Program-made: the position numbers and the translations under genes
Assembly (NCBI GenBank): GCA_965644265.1
Contig: OZ286468.1
Span: 27,714,001-27,778,000 of the forward strand
From: Glycera tridactyla
Taxonomy: Eukaryota
Direction of reading: 5' to 3'
Length of the DNA: 64,000 nt
Shown here: positions 34,401-47,690 of the stretch, one piece after another
How positions within the stretch are numbered: position 1 is the first letter of the stretch
Layout: each line of letters begins with the position of its first letter
Notes under the pieces: generated by a model
What the model was told of the DNA's origin: nothing
The model's input: only the letters and a program-made list of their open reading frames with translations
The model's database searches: none

Positions 34401-36095
34401 TTGGTTTGAGTTCAACCAGAAGAATTAGGTTTCTAATCTATAAAAGTTAGGTGTTCTGTCACTAACAGGCATCACTCTCATAAACTCTAAACAAAGATGA
34501 TGGGGAACCTGAAGGATTGTCAAGTGGAAGTAGCTGACAGTTCAGACACACCTCTACACAGCTCACTTGAATCAGAATGAGCCTATCGATTACATATCTA
34601 ACCCTGTAAATGACAGATGGTGGTTGCTGGAAATCACGTGTTGAACCTTTTGAGCTATATTGAGACCCCGTGCAACGGCTAGCATGGAACATTGAAGATT
34701 ATTCCTCCCAGGTCCTTAACGGAAGATCAAGATTGTCGAAATTTACATACATTAAAGGTGCCAATTTCGACTCACTGGTGATGATGGGCGACGGAATCGT
34801 TACATATCACCAGATTTCCACATGATAATGACAAGGACAACATAATTGTTCTACATCACTGATACAACACCATAAGAGGGATTAAGTGTCGTTGATGGAC
34901 AAGAGGGCTTGCACAATACAGACACAGCTGATGATATCCTCAACTTTAAGAATCATCAAAGTATTTTTTCCATTAAAAAATGCCCATATCTCAGATGGGA
35001 TATGGAGAATAACTCTTGGGTTGCTGTTCAATGAATTAAGCATGGATAAAAATATCCCGAATGTATCTGGTGAGGCCTGAAATGATTCAACACAAAACTC
35101 TGAATGATTTTCTTTATCTGTTTCATTCGATTGGCTCACATTTGCTCTGTACATGAGCCGAAAACGAACAATCAAGATCCATGACTGGGACGGAGCCACT
35201 TCATCTCGAAGTTTCGACAGTGTCAGATGAAGCCAAAGTACTTCATGGACGTACCTACCATTGCTGACAAATCAAGGCAGGTACCAGTTCTAGGTTACTG
35301 GGTCAGTGACTGTTCACTAGAGAATATGATGTATTGAGTATTGTTTAGGGATTTATTGATTGAAGTTCGATAGCTTATACTTGATCCCTCATCACGAGGT
35401 TTATCCACCGATTCCCTTTTTCTAGTACTTTGAACAAGAAAATGTATGAGATACAGGGAAGACTAAGGGCATATGTAACCCTTTGTTCATTAAACATATC
35501 ATAGATATAACAAGCACCTTCTGTGTCCCAAACGAGACATGAACGTCCATGAAATTCAGACACTCTAGGAAAACTCATCACAACGAGGAAAACGTATGAA
35601 ATTAATGGTTGAGAATTGACATTCATCCACTTACCCTGTAAAGCTCCATTGCATTCCGAGTAGGTTTGTTTGTTTGTTTGTTTGGTGTTTAACGGCATGT
35701 ATCAACCCACAGGATTACATATGGTGTGTGTTCCTGGTCAATGAGAGCTGGATGTACTCTACCCTGCAGACATCACTCTCACAAACCCTGATCACAAGAT
35801 GATGGGGAACCTGAAAGGTTGTCAAGTGGAAGTAGCGGACAGTTCAGACGCACCTCTACCTACTCTTCATGAACAAAGTGAATCTAATGATGGCATATTC
35901 AATGCTCCATGGCAAGTGCAAGAACTGTTTCATGGCTGACCTTCAGTGCCTCATCAGATAAAATCAGCTCCCAATCTGAATAAGGTTGAAGGGTCGGTCG
36001 TTTCCCATCTTGCCAACACAGGCTATACTGAGATGTCTTGCATCGGAAATGGGTAATCCATTCAAGTACCTGTCTGTCGATGACAGGAGGGGGTT

Positions 36096-36900
36096 GTTTG
36101 TTTGTTTGAGGTTTAACGGCATGTATCAACCCACAGGATTATTTATGCCGTGTGTTCCTGGTTAATGAAAGCTAGATGTTCTCTCCCCTGCAGACATCAC
36201 TCTCACAAACCCTGAACACAAGATGATGGGGAACCTGAAAGGTTGTTAAGTGAAAGTAGCTGACAGTTTAGACATACTGCTACCTAATCTGAACATATAC
36301 ATAATAAACCTATGATGGCATATCTAACTATAAAGCTGGCTGGAAGCTACCACCCAAGCCTGATAGCAATTCATTTTTTTTCACAAAGCGCAGCACTTGA
36401 CACATAGAAAAGCATTAGGTTAGGAGAATACCCAACCGAAGTGTTCAAACCAGCTTTACAATAATTTCTTGCCCTATACTCGCAGTATGATGCCATCACA
36501 CATCCTAGTAACCTAGTCATCAGCCCTAGTAACCCAGAACTGGTGTGCTTGGTACCTGCTTTTTTGCATAGTGACATTATCTGCAACAGGCAAACCGTCA
36601 GCTACCTACACCGGAGACCATTTTGCTGAAGAAATAAGGAGGAGCTTAGAGTGATAGAAAAGAGGTGAAGAGAAAGAAATCATGGTGATATTGTAATTTT
36701 GGTAGAAATTGCCTAGACAGATGACAGAAAATTTGAAGGTATGTTTTCATTCAACCCCCACACCAAAAAACTATTGAGAAAAAGAGAAGGGATGATACCA
36801 CATCTAGGCCACATCATCCCCGAAGGCAATACTTCAAAGAAAATGACCCGCGCCCATTGGTGGCTGCCATCTATAGAGACCCTGGACTCCCACCCTACCC
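36096..36900 (-). mobile_element. R2 copy (full length); partial copy just upstream at about 35664-35900
   Basis: Both the tail and the ggactcccaccctaccc end are present. Confidence 0.75.
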
Positions 36901-37475
36901 ACGACAGAAGGGGGAAAGAAGCCACCATGTGAGTCACCAAACACAGTATCAATACATGCAAACTGGGAGAATAATTAAGGTGCAGCAGACATGTATGTGT
37001 TCACAAAAATTATCTAACATATGCCAATGAAAGGCAGGGGAACATCACTTGAAAATTTCTACTGTGTATCTCTATGGGGAAGTGATTACATATGAAATCC
37101 TCTCAGAACCCCCCTGAAGAAAAAATAGAGAGGCATGAAAAGAGTCACTAACGAGATCTCAAACTTTTTCTTCTTTGAGGTAGGATGTTGCATGAACTAT
37201 TGTTCCCCGGCACATCTCGAGAATGAGAAACAAAATCAGAGGTAACCAATTCCGGCAGTTTCCCACCTAGTCTTACGTCAGCAAAAGATGAACACACATC
37301 ACATACATGACAACATTGTAACATGAAGATTGAGTATATGACCAGGATTTTGTATACATGGAGATCTGGCATGCAGGTACAGTATACATCATAAAGGGAT
37401 GCATATCTAAAGTAAGCCCCTTTTCAGCACATACAAAGCTACATGGTACATTTCTCCTAACATGTTTCCTTGCTT

Positions 37476-38300
37476 GTTTGTTTGTTTATTTGTTTGGGGT
37501 TTAACGGCATGTATCAACCCAGAGGATTATGTATCCCATGTGTTCCTGGTCAATGAAAGCTAGATGTTCTCTCCCCTGCAGACATCACTCTCACAAACCC
37601 TGGACACAAGATGATGGGGAACCTGAAAGGTTGTCAAGTGGAAGTAACTGACAGTTCAGACACATCTCTACCTACTCTTTATGAACAAAGTGAATCTAAT
37701 GATGGCATATCTAACTATGTAAGTGGCTGGAAGCTAACACTCAAGCCTGATAGCAATGCTTTTTTTTTTTGCAAAGCGCAGCACTTGACACTAGGAAAAG
37801 CATCAGATTCGGAGAATGCTCGACCAATGTGTTCAATTACCAACTGTCAACTTCAAGCCAGCTTTACAATCATGGTATGCCCTATGCTCGCAGTACAATG
37901 CCATCACACAACCTAGTAACCTAGTCGCAGCCCTAGTTACCCAGAACAGGTGTGCCTGGTACCCCCTTTTCGTATAGTGACAATATCTGCTACAGGCAAA
38001 CTGTCAGCTACCTACACCTGAGACCATCTCTCTGAAGAGATAAGAAAGAGCTTAGAGTGATAGAAAAGAGGTGAAGAGAAAGAAATCTGGTGATAGTATA
38101 ATTTTGTTAGAAAATGCCTAAAGACAGATAACGGAAAATTCTGAAGGTATTTTTTCATTGGACCCCCCACTCCAAAGAAATTGAGAAGAGGAGGGACGAT
38201 GCTACACCTAGGCCACATCATCTCCGATGGAAACACTTCAAAGAAAATGACCCGCGCCCATTGGTGGCTGCCATCTGTAGAGACCCTGAACTCCCACCCT
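37476..38300 (-). mobile_element. R2 copy (full length)
   Basis: Both ends present. Confidence 0.75.
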
Positions 38301-38607
38301 TGCCTAGACATGAGATACTTACTGATCACTAACGATGAAGACCGATTCTGAAGGTTTGCTGACCATGATGAAGCAGTTTCTATTGAAGTCAAGAAATGAC
38401 TAATAATCCTGCAGAAAACCTGGGTTCAGAAACGCAGTTCCACAGCTGATATTCTGCACCCTGATTTGTGACACATATGAATCTGAAAAGATACAATGCC
38501 AATCTGATCCTACAATATACCAGGATCATGCAAGTTCTGGCAATTTCGTCATTTTGCTGACCATACTAGCATATATTGCAAAACTCACTCAATATATCTG
38601 ATGTTGA

Positions 38608-39158
38608 TCACTCTTCAAACTTGACACGAATGATGAGACAGTCGTTGACAAGATAGGGAGAATACTGCCTCCTTAGACTGCTGTTCCTTAGGTCTGCGAG
38701 GGCAAGATAACGAGCATATCCAAATACAATATTATAGTCTCTGCGAGGTTTTTGCCAGAGAGCTCCTCTGCATTCACTTGCTTCCAGTGTCATAGATCGA
38801 TGCCGCCCACCTCCTGTCAAGTCGAGTATTTCCAATGTTATATCCTGATTAAAGGGCCAGCGCAAATCTCTATCATGAGGACCTTTATAAATGTTGATGA
38901 AAAGTGATAAGTGCGAGCCCTTCCCCATTTTAAATCCATTTGGAAAGAGCTCAAGCTCCATCTTATATCCTTTTTCATGGCCGAAGAATACTGGGCTGTA
39001 AAACCGTTCATTTGGTTCGGGCACTGCAAGAAGTTTCGACACTTGAGTCACTCTCCAAATATAGATACCACTCCTCAGTGTTAGGTCCTCGGTGAGTGAT
39101 ACTCTCTGCTGCCATCGTGCTCTTGAATCGCATATTCTCCACAGCATGTTGTTCGATT
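38608..39158 (-). CDS. TRAF-like coiled-coil end + MATH/TRAF-C terminal exon, copy 1 (acceptor AG mutated to AA)
   Basis: SGIYIWRV...FYSPVFFGHEKGYKMELELFPNGFKMGKGSHLSLFINIYKGPHDRDLRWPF...YLVNDCLIIRV. Frame intact. The position homologous to the acceptor reads cttgtAA. Confidence 0.85.
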
Positions 39159-41129
39159 TTACAAGAAAGTAGACAGCATAACTGTTATGGTACAAAATCA
39201 GCCATCGCATTATCATTTTCTGTCGATATCTGTGCTCTTATAGAGTATATCCTGTGATCGAATTTTTCTGATTTTTGGGAGAGTACCGAAATATGTTTTT
39301 TTTTTATGTTTAACGGCATGTATCAACCCACAGGACTATGTATGCCATGTGTTCCTGGTCAATGAAAGCTAGATGTTCTCTCCCCTGCAGGCATCAGTCT
39401 CAAAAACCATGAACACAAGATGATGGGGAACCTGAACAGTTATCAAGTGGAAGTAAGTGACAGTTCAGACACACCTTTAACTACACAACTGCCAGAAAGA
39501 CCATTTCTTTTGAAGCAATACGCCTACATTTTGTCAGTTCAATCAGCCTGTGGAGCAGGAAGGGTGAGACACTGCACAGTCTGTTCAATGGGGAAGATTA
39601 GGGTTCATGATTGCATATGATCTTTCACAAATTCTCATGTAGTTATAGTGTACAATATGTGACATCAATGCAGTGGACTAGTTGAACAGTAATCACGGCA
39701 GAAAAAGCTCTCCAAACATTCTGTGTGTGATGGACTAGCTCAGTATGGATAAGAGTCACCAAGCTTCTGAAAGCCCTTGATTGCAGGGTTGTCTCCATCA
39801 AGTTTCATAATAATTGCTATCTATTTCTCACTTGAGTTGGCACCAGGCAAGTCTTAAATGCAATAAGGCCCTTGCATTTGTTATAACCAATCACCTGTAC
39901 CTATTCTACCACATCAATTCCTCTGTACCTTGTGCCCTTGCCAGTTACAGCATTCAAATGAGTATGCCCCAAACAACCACAAGATACCAGGTCCAGAAGA
40001 AGAGTGATGAGAAGTGTTGCACGAGTCTCCTCTTGGTTCCTGAGGATGCCTGTATCTCCTACAGGGACATGGACAGTTTCATATTCGGATGAATCTCAAA
40101 TTCTGTGGGCATCACAGCACTCTTTGGTGTATCATATTCTTCAGAGATTGATAGAGATAATGGTCAAAGATGATGACCCTTATTGTATACAACCAGCATC
40201 CACTCAATTTGCATGATGAATTTCTCTTGGAGGTTGATGATCTTGTTAATAGCTGATGTTTTCTCCATGCTTTGAAACTTTGCCTTTAATCTTTGCCTCA
40301 AGAGCTTGATCAGTAACAGATAGGTGAAGCAAACTTCTGATTTGCCATCAAAAATCACCCAGACTTCAGTGCTCTCCATATGGATGTGTCATCATTCATC
40401 GGGGCAAGATGTATGGAATTAAGTGCCCAACTATTGATTGAACTGTTTTGACATTTGATTCTCTCATTCTCCAAAGTGGTCAACCTCAATTCCATTCAGT
40501 TAGATTTTGATAATTCGCTTCTGGTAGATATCTCATTAGATGTGCTGGTTGGAGAAGATTCACTGGTAGGACAAATGTTTTTTTATAGGTTTCCCATCTC
40601 CTGCCCCCTGGTTTATCACAGTAATGAAATGTATCCTTTCCAGAGTGAGTTTATTCTAATAGGTCAATTTCATCAATAGCAAATCAGATGTGCTCTCCAT
40701 TCTTGATATATCCAGAATCCATCAGACTCTTCAGTACATTGAAACCTTGTGACACATGTTGAGCATCTTCTGGTGGTGGCTTCCAATATGGACTTCCGAG
40801 TTAACAAGGACATGATTCTTGTCCTGCTCTCTTAAATGAATTGTGAGGGGCTATCCTGATGTGAGAGGAGTTGGAACAGTTTGCTTTTTCACCAAAGAGA
40901 TGACATCTACACCAGCTTACACCAACGCAGTCATGCATATATATAACATATATGTGAAAGAAAAAAAAAATATGTATATATACATATATTATATACATAT
41001 ATGTGTGTCTATCATATACATATATGTTGATGGGATGGTCCCATCATAATATCAACTCCTACATTTATCCTATCATGTCTTAGAACCAACAAAAGAGGAT
41101 ACTCCATAATGGGCCGCAGCATTACCACA

Positions 41130-41760
41130 ACCAATCTCAATATCATATAACCAAATAACCACCATATAACCACCAGGCATCATGATATCCACTCCAAGCT
41201 ATTCCAAAAGTGTCATGAATAAAATCAATTTCACCAGGAAGGTCTGTGTATTGGCTCATCAGAAGCCTTAGCATACTTGTAACCAATGTCAATATCATAT
41301 AAACAAATAACCAAAGCATAACCACCATATAACCACTGGATGTCATGATATCCACTTAAAGTTGTTCCAAATGTGTCACGAATGAAATCAACATCATGTA
41401 GTACCCACAATTTCACCAGGAATGTCTATGAGTTGGCTCATCAGGGGCGTTAGCATAATCAACGTTGATATCATATTACCAAATAACCACCATATAACCG
41501 CTGGATGTCATGATATCCGCTTGAAGTTGTTCCAAAAGTGTCACAAATAAAATCTACATCATTTAGTACCCACAATTTCATCAGGAATGTCTATGAATTG
41601 GCTCATTAGAAGCATTAGCATAATATATGTTGATATCATATAACCGACTAACCACCACATAACCACCATATAACCACTGGATGTCATGATAACCACCCCA
41701 GGTCATTCCAAAAGTATCATAGAGTTCATCTACATCATTCAGTACCCAGAATTTCACCAA
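41130..41760. repeat. Degenerate tandem repeat, about 150-175 bp unit, about 4 copies
   Basis: Recurring atatcatataaccaaataaccaccatataaccac...tgtcatgatatccac...aatttcaccagga. Confidence 0.7.
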
Positions 41761-42095
41761 AAGGAAATTGGTTCATTATAAGCAAATATGACTGGTGGAT
41801 TTGTGCCAGAAAGTACCCATGGTTGCAGGAATCAGCCGTAACCCGTATAATGGGGTCAGGAGGTGGGAAAATTTGAACCCCATCGTTTTCTGATTGTTTG
41901 AACTCCAATCAACTAAATAAAACCAAAAAATCAATTTCAGCACAGAAGTCCCACGGGAGCCTTATTTCTGACATACCAGACCGCACTATATCAGGATTAC
42001 ACAGCCTGAGTCTCACGCTCTCGGGCGATCTTACCCTGCTTGGCCCAAATCTTAATAATTGACAAATGCCATCAGTGGTGAGCTTCAATTCTGGA

Positions 42096-42445
42096 TTAAG
42101 CATTAAAGAATTGAACCACCTGCTCAGGAAGGGTCATGTCTCTGATTACGAGCAACCCCTCGAACACAATCACACACAATTGTTTTTTAAGGGTGTCGAT
42201 ATCAATTTTATTATGTTCATTATGTTCATCATGATCTTCAACTGAGGTCAGGTCCTCCAAGTTCGGGTTGCTGGCGATGGGTTGACAAGACGTATTCGAA
42301 CTCCTTAACTGAGCCAGATCACGTTCTGTTCCATCTGCTATTTCCTGGAGCCGTTCTTTCAATGTTTTCTGGCCCCCAGTGACTGACACTCTGCCGTGCC
42401 ACCGTTGTGATGACTCACATGTTCTCCTCAGTCTTGTATCCAACT
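42096..42445 (-). CDS. Chimeric TRAF-exon paralogue: first 25 or so codons TRAF-like, then unrelated sequence
   Basis: Acceptor ctctattgtAG|agttggatacaagactgagg matches copy 3 (ELDTRLRRTCESSQRW..RVS). No MATH domain follows and the frame stays open to 42096. Confidence 0.55.
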
Positions 42446-43199
42446 CTACAATAGAGTAGGAAGCATAATTTTAATTATCTTGTTTATTGCATGGATGAGA
42501 TGGCAATCCGAGAAATCACTATTTTGGCTGTCAGATGTTCGGATGCTTCGCTTAAGAACGATTTACTTCCACTCTGGACAGAAAGATCCACATGGAGACG
42601 ATGGTTTTCCCAGAGGGTATGAAATACAAGCATAACAGTAATATATACAAACCAAATGTGGTAGTGAAGAAGTAGTGACACCACGAAGTGAATAAATAAT
42701 AAGTCATGACCACGATTACGAATACATATGTAGTCGTACACAAGTCGGGGACAAGGGGGGGGGGTGTGCTTGAAGGATGGATGACATCCACCAGTAGGAT
42801 AGTGTTGCCAGGAAACAAATCGTCACAAACATGGAGCCCCAAAACTATCCATGCACTCATGCTTTCGATAATTGTTTGTTTGACATTTAATGGCATGTAT
42901 TAACCAACAGAATTATGTATGCCGTGAGTTCCTGGTCAAAGAAAGTGTGATGTTCTCTCCCCGGCAGGTATCACTTACACAAACCCTGGACACGAGATGA
43001 TGGGGAACCTGGAAGGTTGTCAAGTGGGAGTAGCTGACAGTCAAGACATACCTCTACCTAGTTAACATAAACAAACTGAATCTAATGATAGCATATTTAA
43101 CTATGTAGCTGGCTGGAAGCTGACACTCTCGTTCTCATGCCCCTATATTTCCCTCTTCGTGATCAACCTTCTACACTTCATAATTTATCAGCCATACCT

Positions 43200-43570
43200 C
43201 TCTCTCTCCATCCATCTGTCCATCGATCAATACATCCATCTATCGGTCCATTCATCCGTGCTCTCATGCAAGCACCCATCCATTCATATATCCATGCATG
43301 CATGCATGCATGCATCCCCCCATCCATGCACGTCCCTCCTACATTAATGCCTCAAGAGCCCTGATTTCCTTATGGAATTTCCAAGCATGCATCCACCCAT
43401 TCATGCGTCCATGCATCCACCCATGCATCTCACTCCGTCCACCTTTTTCTCACTCTCATGCGCCGCTATCTCGCCCACTTTCTATTCAAATCCCATGCTG
43501 CACAATTTATCGACCATTTCTCTCCCCCCCCCCCCCAAGCATCCCTCCATTCATGCATGCATCCAGTCAG
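43200..43570. repeat. (CATC/CATG)n low-complexity tract
   Basis: Read directly. Confidence 0.8.
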
Positions 43571-43619
43571 CAAATTTCCATGCTTGATAACTCATCGACT
43601 ATCACTCCCTATACCGGGC

Positions 43620-43930
43620 ACTTTCTGATGATTTTGTTTGGTTTTGTTGGGGGTTTAACGTCACGTCAGCTCCACCTGGGCTATATTGTGACGCCCATGC
43701 AATGGGCATGGGTGGGATCATTCAAGACTCCCCCTTCTGGATCCCCAACAGAAGGTGAAAATTTATGAAATTCACAGACACTCAAGGTGTCATTTCTGTT
43801 ATTAAAAATGTTGACCATGGTCTTACCATATGAACATGAGATTCATTCACATAGCTTCCACTAGGTCGGTTATTTTAGGCCATTGTGTTACGCAGCAAAC
43901 ATGAGATCCGTTCACTGGCCTCCACTTGGC
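43620..43930 (-). repeat. SINE-like family R1 copy (long)
   Basis: Aligns by eye over about 300 bp with 61-350. Confidence 0.7.
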
Positions 43931-44397
43931 CGTCTTGCATCAAGTTTTCCTGTTTGTTTGTTTGTTTGCTTGAGGTTGAACGGCATGTATCAACCCAGGG
44001 TTGTATGCCATGTGTTCCTGGTCAATGAAAACAGGATCTTCTCTCCATATAGAGATTCCACCCCTCACTGTCAAGTACTCAATAACTGATATTCTCTTGT
44101 GCAACTGTACTATTTATATGTGTGTTTTCCTCAGTCGGGTGTTTGCATACTTTCGCGATGTTCTCAAGATGATTGAATTATTGCTTGGTCAGCATGTAAT
44201 GGCATGTATCAAGGGACTATGTTAACTGTGTGTTTCTTATCTACAAACCTGGATGTTCTGTCTCCTGGTTGGCCACATATATAAAATTTTCCCACCAAGC
44301 GATTGGTTCCAATCATCAATTATTTTATCCTCCAAAAAAATACAAAGAAAAACAATGATTATGCAAGTTGCAATGATTTCGTCATTTTGATATAAGA

Positions 44398-44987
44398 TTA
44401 GTCTCCAAGATTGACACGGATAATAAGGCAGTCATCGTCAAGATAAGGAGAGTTCTGCTTCTTCAGGTCTGTATGGGCAAGATGACAAGGACATCCATAT
44501 CCAACATTGCAGGCTGTGATAGGCTTCTGCCATGTAGCTTCTTGACCTTCACCTGCTTCCAGGGTCAAAGAGCTATGCTGCCCACCTCCTGACAAGTCAA
44601 GTATTTCAAGAGTTACTTTCTGCAGAAAAGGCCAGCACAAATCCTTATCATGGGGACCTTTACAAATGATGAAGAAGATCGACAAGTGTGTACCCTTCCC
44701 CTCTCCAAAACCATTTGGACAGAGCTCGAGTTGCAACTTATATCCTTTTCTATGACTGAAGAAGATTGGACTGACAATTCCTTCATCTGCTTTGGTAGCT
44801 GCTAGAAGTTTCGACACTTGAGTTACTCTCCATGTAAAGATGCCACTCCTCAGTGTTAGCTCTTCAATGACTGATACGCTCTTGTGCAACTGTACTCTTG
44901 ATTCACGTGTTTCCCTTTCAATGGCTGATATGTCATTGCGTAGCCGTACTCTAGATTCACATGTTTTCCTCAGCCTGGAGTTCAAAT
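44398..44987 (-). CDS. TRAF-like coiled-coil + MATH terminal exon, copy 2 (intact)
   Basis: Acceptor ctttcttgcAG|at (phase 1). GIFTWRV, SPIFFSHRKGYKL, CPNGFGEGKGTHLSIF, KGPHDKDLCWPF, YLDDDCLIIRV*. Confidence 0.9.
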
Positions 44988-46430
44988 CTGCAAGAAAGTG
45001 ACCAGTATTATTTTGAATGCACAATGTTAGCCATCACATCATGTCCTTTCGGGCATCTCAGGGCATACTGTAGACTTTCATGAAATATAATAGGGCATAA
45101 TCTAATTATTAGATTCGCAAGAAAGATATAGGTGTGGCAATAGGTCCTCTGGATTCCTCAGGTGAACCTGTATCTCCACATACCCCTCAAAATTACTAAC
45201 ACATGTTGGGCTTCCTGTGACTCATGAACTGAGATATCATGCCATCACTCAGGGTGATGAGCCTCACATCTGTTCAGCAATGAAGAATCTAGGTGTGCTA
45301 ACTCACACTAGGAGATACTGACACACAAGCTGAGGGTGCACTAAGGGCAGGACCAGGGCCCACTTGGCAAGGGAACTTCACCTACTTCGACGAACCTCAG
45401 TGTGCATCTTCAATGGACATACAGTAAAGACACACCACACCGCCATGTATCTGTATCTCGTGTGGATTTGCCCGATTGGACCGAGCCCCCTTATGGAGAT
45501 TGAATGTTGATGATCAATTAGCAGGGCATTCAAGATGTACTCAGTGGGTGTGAATGCCCTGCTGAGTGCATGTTCGTCACAGAGAGGGGCAGGTGCTCCC
45601 CCTCCCCTATCAGCCTGTTGGTTGGTTCTCGTTTAACATCACGTCAATTCCATTTCTGCTATAGTGTGACGCCCATGCAAGATAGCATCATTCAAGACTT
45701 CTACCTTTCGATCCCTAACAGAAGGCGAAAATTTATGAAATTCACAGACACTCAAGGTGTCATTCCTATCAGCCTGACCATAAATTTTCATTTATTTTTC
45801 AATTCTCACACCCAGTCCGCTCGGGCATGTTTGGTACCCCCCCCCCCCCCCCCCACACACACACACCATCATTTTCGGATCTGCCACTGCACATGAACAA
45901 CACTGTTATTCATACTCAATGACCTTGATATTCAAGATAACACTCAGACTTTGGGGGTGACCTCCTTTCTGGAACCGCCAAGTGTATATGAACAAAACTA
46001 ATATCTTCCACACTCAATGACCTTGATATTCAAGATAGCAGCCCCACTCCCCAAAAGAAACAGATTATGGCAACTTTGAAAGTTTGAAGGCTATCCATCT
46101 CATATTTGTCGGCATAGGCTCTTGGACACCATTTTCGCCTTTGTGTATATCCGGTACGGCGTATATTGCCGTTCAGATGAAATTGGAAAACTGAGTTGAA
46201 TTGACACAAGAAATTAGTCTTGGAGATCTATCTGACCTAGGCTGGATGTCGCTGTGATGGTACTCCTGTCTGATACAAATCACTGGTTTCCACTTGGAAA
46301 TGTGGGCAATCAGCATGAAAATTGTGTCTTGCACATCTGCACTCCAGGGTGATGACAGATATCAAATCCCAATACAATAGCTTGAGTGATATGGAAGTTG
46401 TTAGCAGTTATAACGCCACAAATGATTTCG

Positions 46431-47456
46431 AACAAGAGCACCGCAAAGCGGGGCATAATACGCCATCGCCACGATTAGTGAGGCAGACTTTTTTCATCTG
46501 GAATGGGATTTGACCTTTATTGCCGTGACTAGTGACACAGACTGTTTTAATTCCAGAAATTGTCTGCAATAGGATTTTATCTTTTTGCACTCGGTGACCG
46601 GGATCAAAGGTTATGACTGCGAAATCAATAAGCATCTTCCTAGACCCAAGGTGAATAGGTATACCAAGTGGCAAATCAATAGCTCTAAAACTTTCTGAGT
46701 TATCGTCCGGAAATGGTCCGGACCATAGATTTGACCTTTTTGCACTCAGCGACCTTGAAAATATAGGTCTCAACCCCACAATCAAAAGGCTCCCTCCCAG
46801 ACCCAAGGTAATCAGGTATACCAAGTGGCAAACCCAATAGCTCTAAAACTTTTTGAGTTATCGTCCGGAAATGGTCCGGACCAGATATTTGACCTTTTTG
46901 CACTCAGCGACCTTGAAAATCAAAGTCGCAACCCCACAATTGAAAGGCTTCCTCCCAGACCCAAGGTGATTAGGTATACCAAGTGGCAAATCAATAGCTC
47001 TGAAACTTTTTGAGTTATCTTCCGGAAATGGTCCGGACCAGAGATTTGACCTTTTTGCACTCAGCGACCTTGAAAATCAAGGTCGCAACCCCACAATCAA
47101 AAGGCTTCCTCCCAGACCCAAGGTGATTAGGTATATCAAGTGGCAAATCAATAGCTCTGAAACTTTTTGAGTTATCGTCCGGAAATGGTCCGGACCAGAG
47201 ATTTGACATTTTTGCACTCAGCGACCTTGAAAATCAAGGTCGCAACCCCACAATCGAAAGGCTTCCTCCCAGACCCAAGGTGATTAGGTATACCAAGTGG
47301 CAAATCAATAGCTCTAAAACTTTTTGAGTTATCGTCCGGAAATGGTCCTCCGGACGGACAGACGGACAGACGGACAGACGGACAGACGCACAGACGGACA
47401 GACGCACAGACGGACGGACAGCGCCATAACATAATACGCCCGATGGCTTATAAAAA
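46431..47456 (+). mobile_element. Helentron-like non-autonomous element (HINE-type) with a 157-bp tandem array
   Basis: Starts AACAAGAG. Units at 46733, 46891, 47048 and 47205, then a (GACG/GACA)n microsatellite, and ends ataatacgcccgatggcttataaaaa. Confidence 0.6.
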
Positions 47457-47534
47457 GGGAAGGATTTGATTTATGAAAATAACAAGCTGTCAGCTAAAAA
47501 ACAGCTTTACAATAGAGGATAACAGCATCAATGT

Positions 47535-47690
47535 TGGTTGGTTGGTTCTGGTTTAACGTCACGTCAGCACCATCTGGGCCATAATGTGACGCCCATGCAA
47601 TGGGCAAGGGTGGGATCTTCCAAGACTCCTCCTTCTGGGTCCCAAACGGAAGGTGAAAATTCATGAAATCCACAGAACCTCAAGGTGACG
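47535..47690 (-). repeat. SINE-like family R1 copy
   Basis: Same signature with a (TTGG)n head on the plus strand. Confidence 0.65.

Noticed and set aside
39600-41130. Possible decayed CR1/L2 endonuclease fragments
   Set aside because: Only vague similarity (LLVVASNMDFRVNK); cannot be supported by eye.
46620-47350. Regular repeats that might suggest a CRISPR array (also at 50-51 kb and 55-58 kb)
   Set aside because: Head-to-tail 145-157 bp units without unique spacers, no cas genes, and a eukaryotic context.
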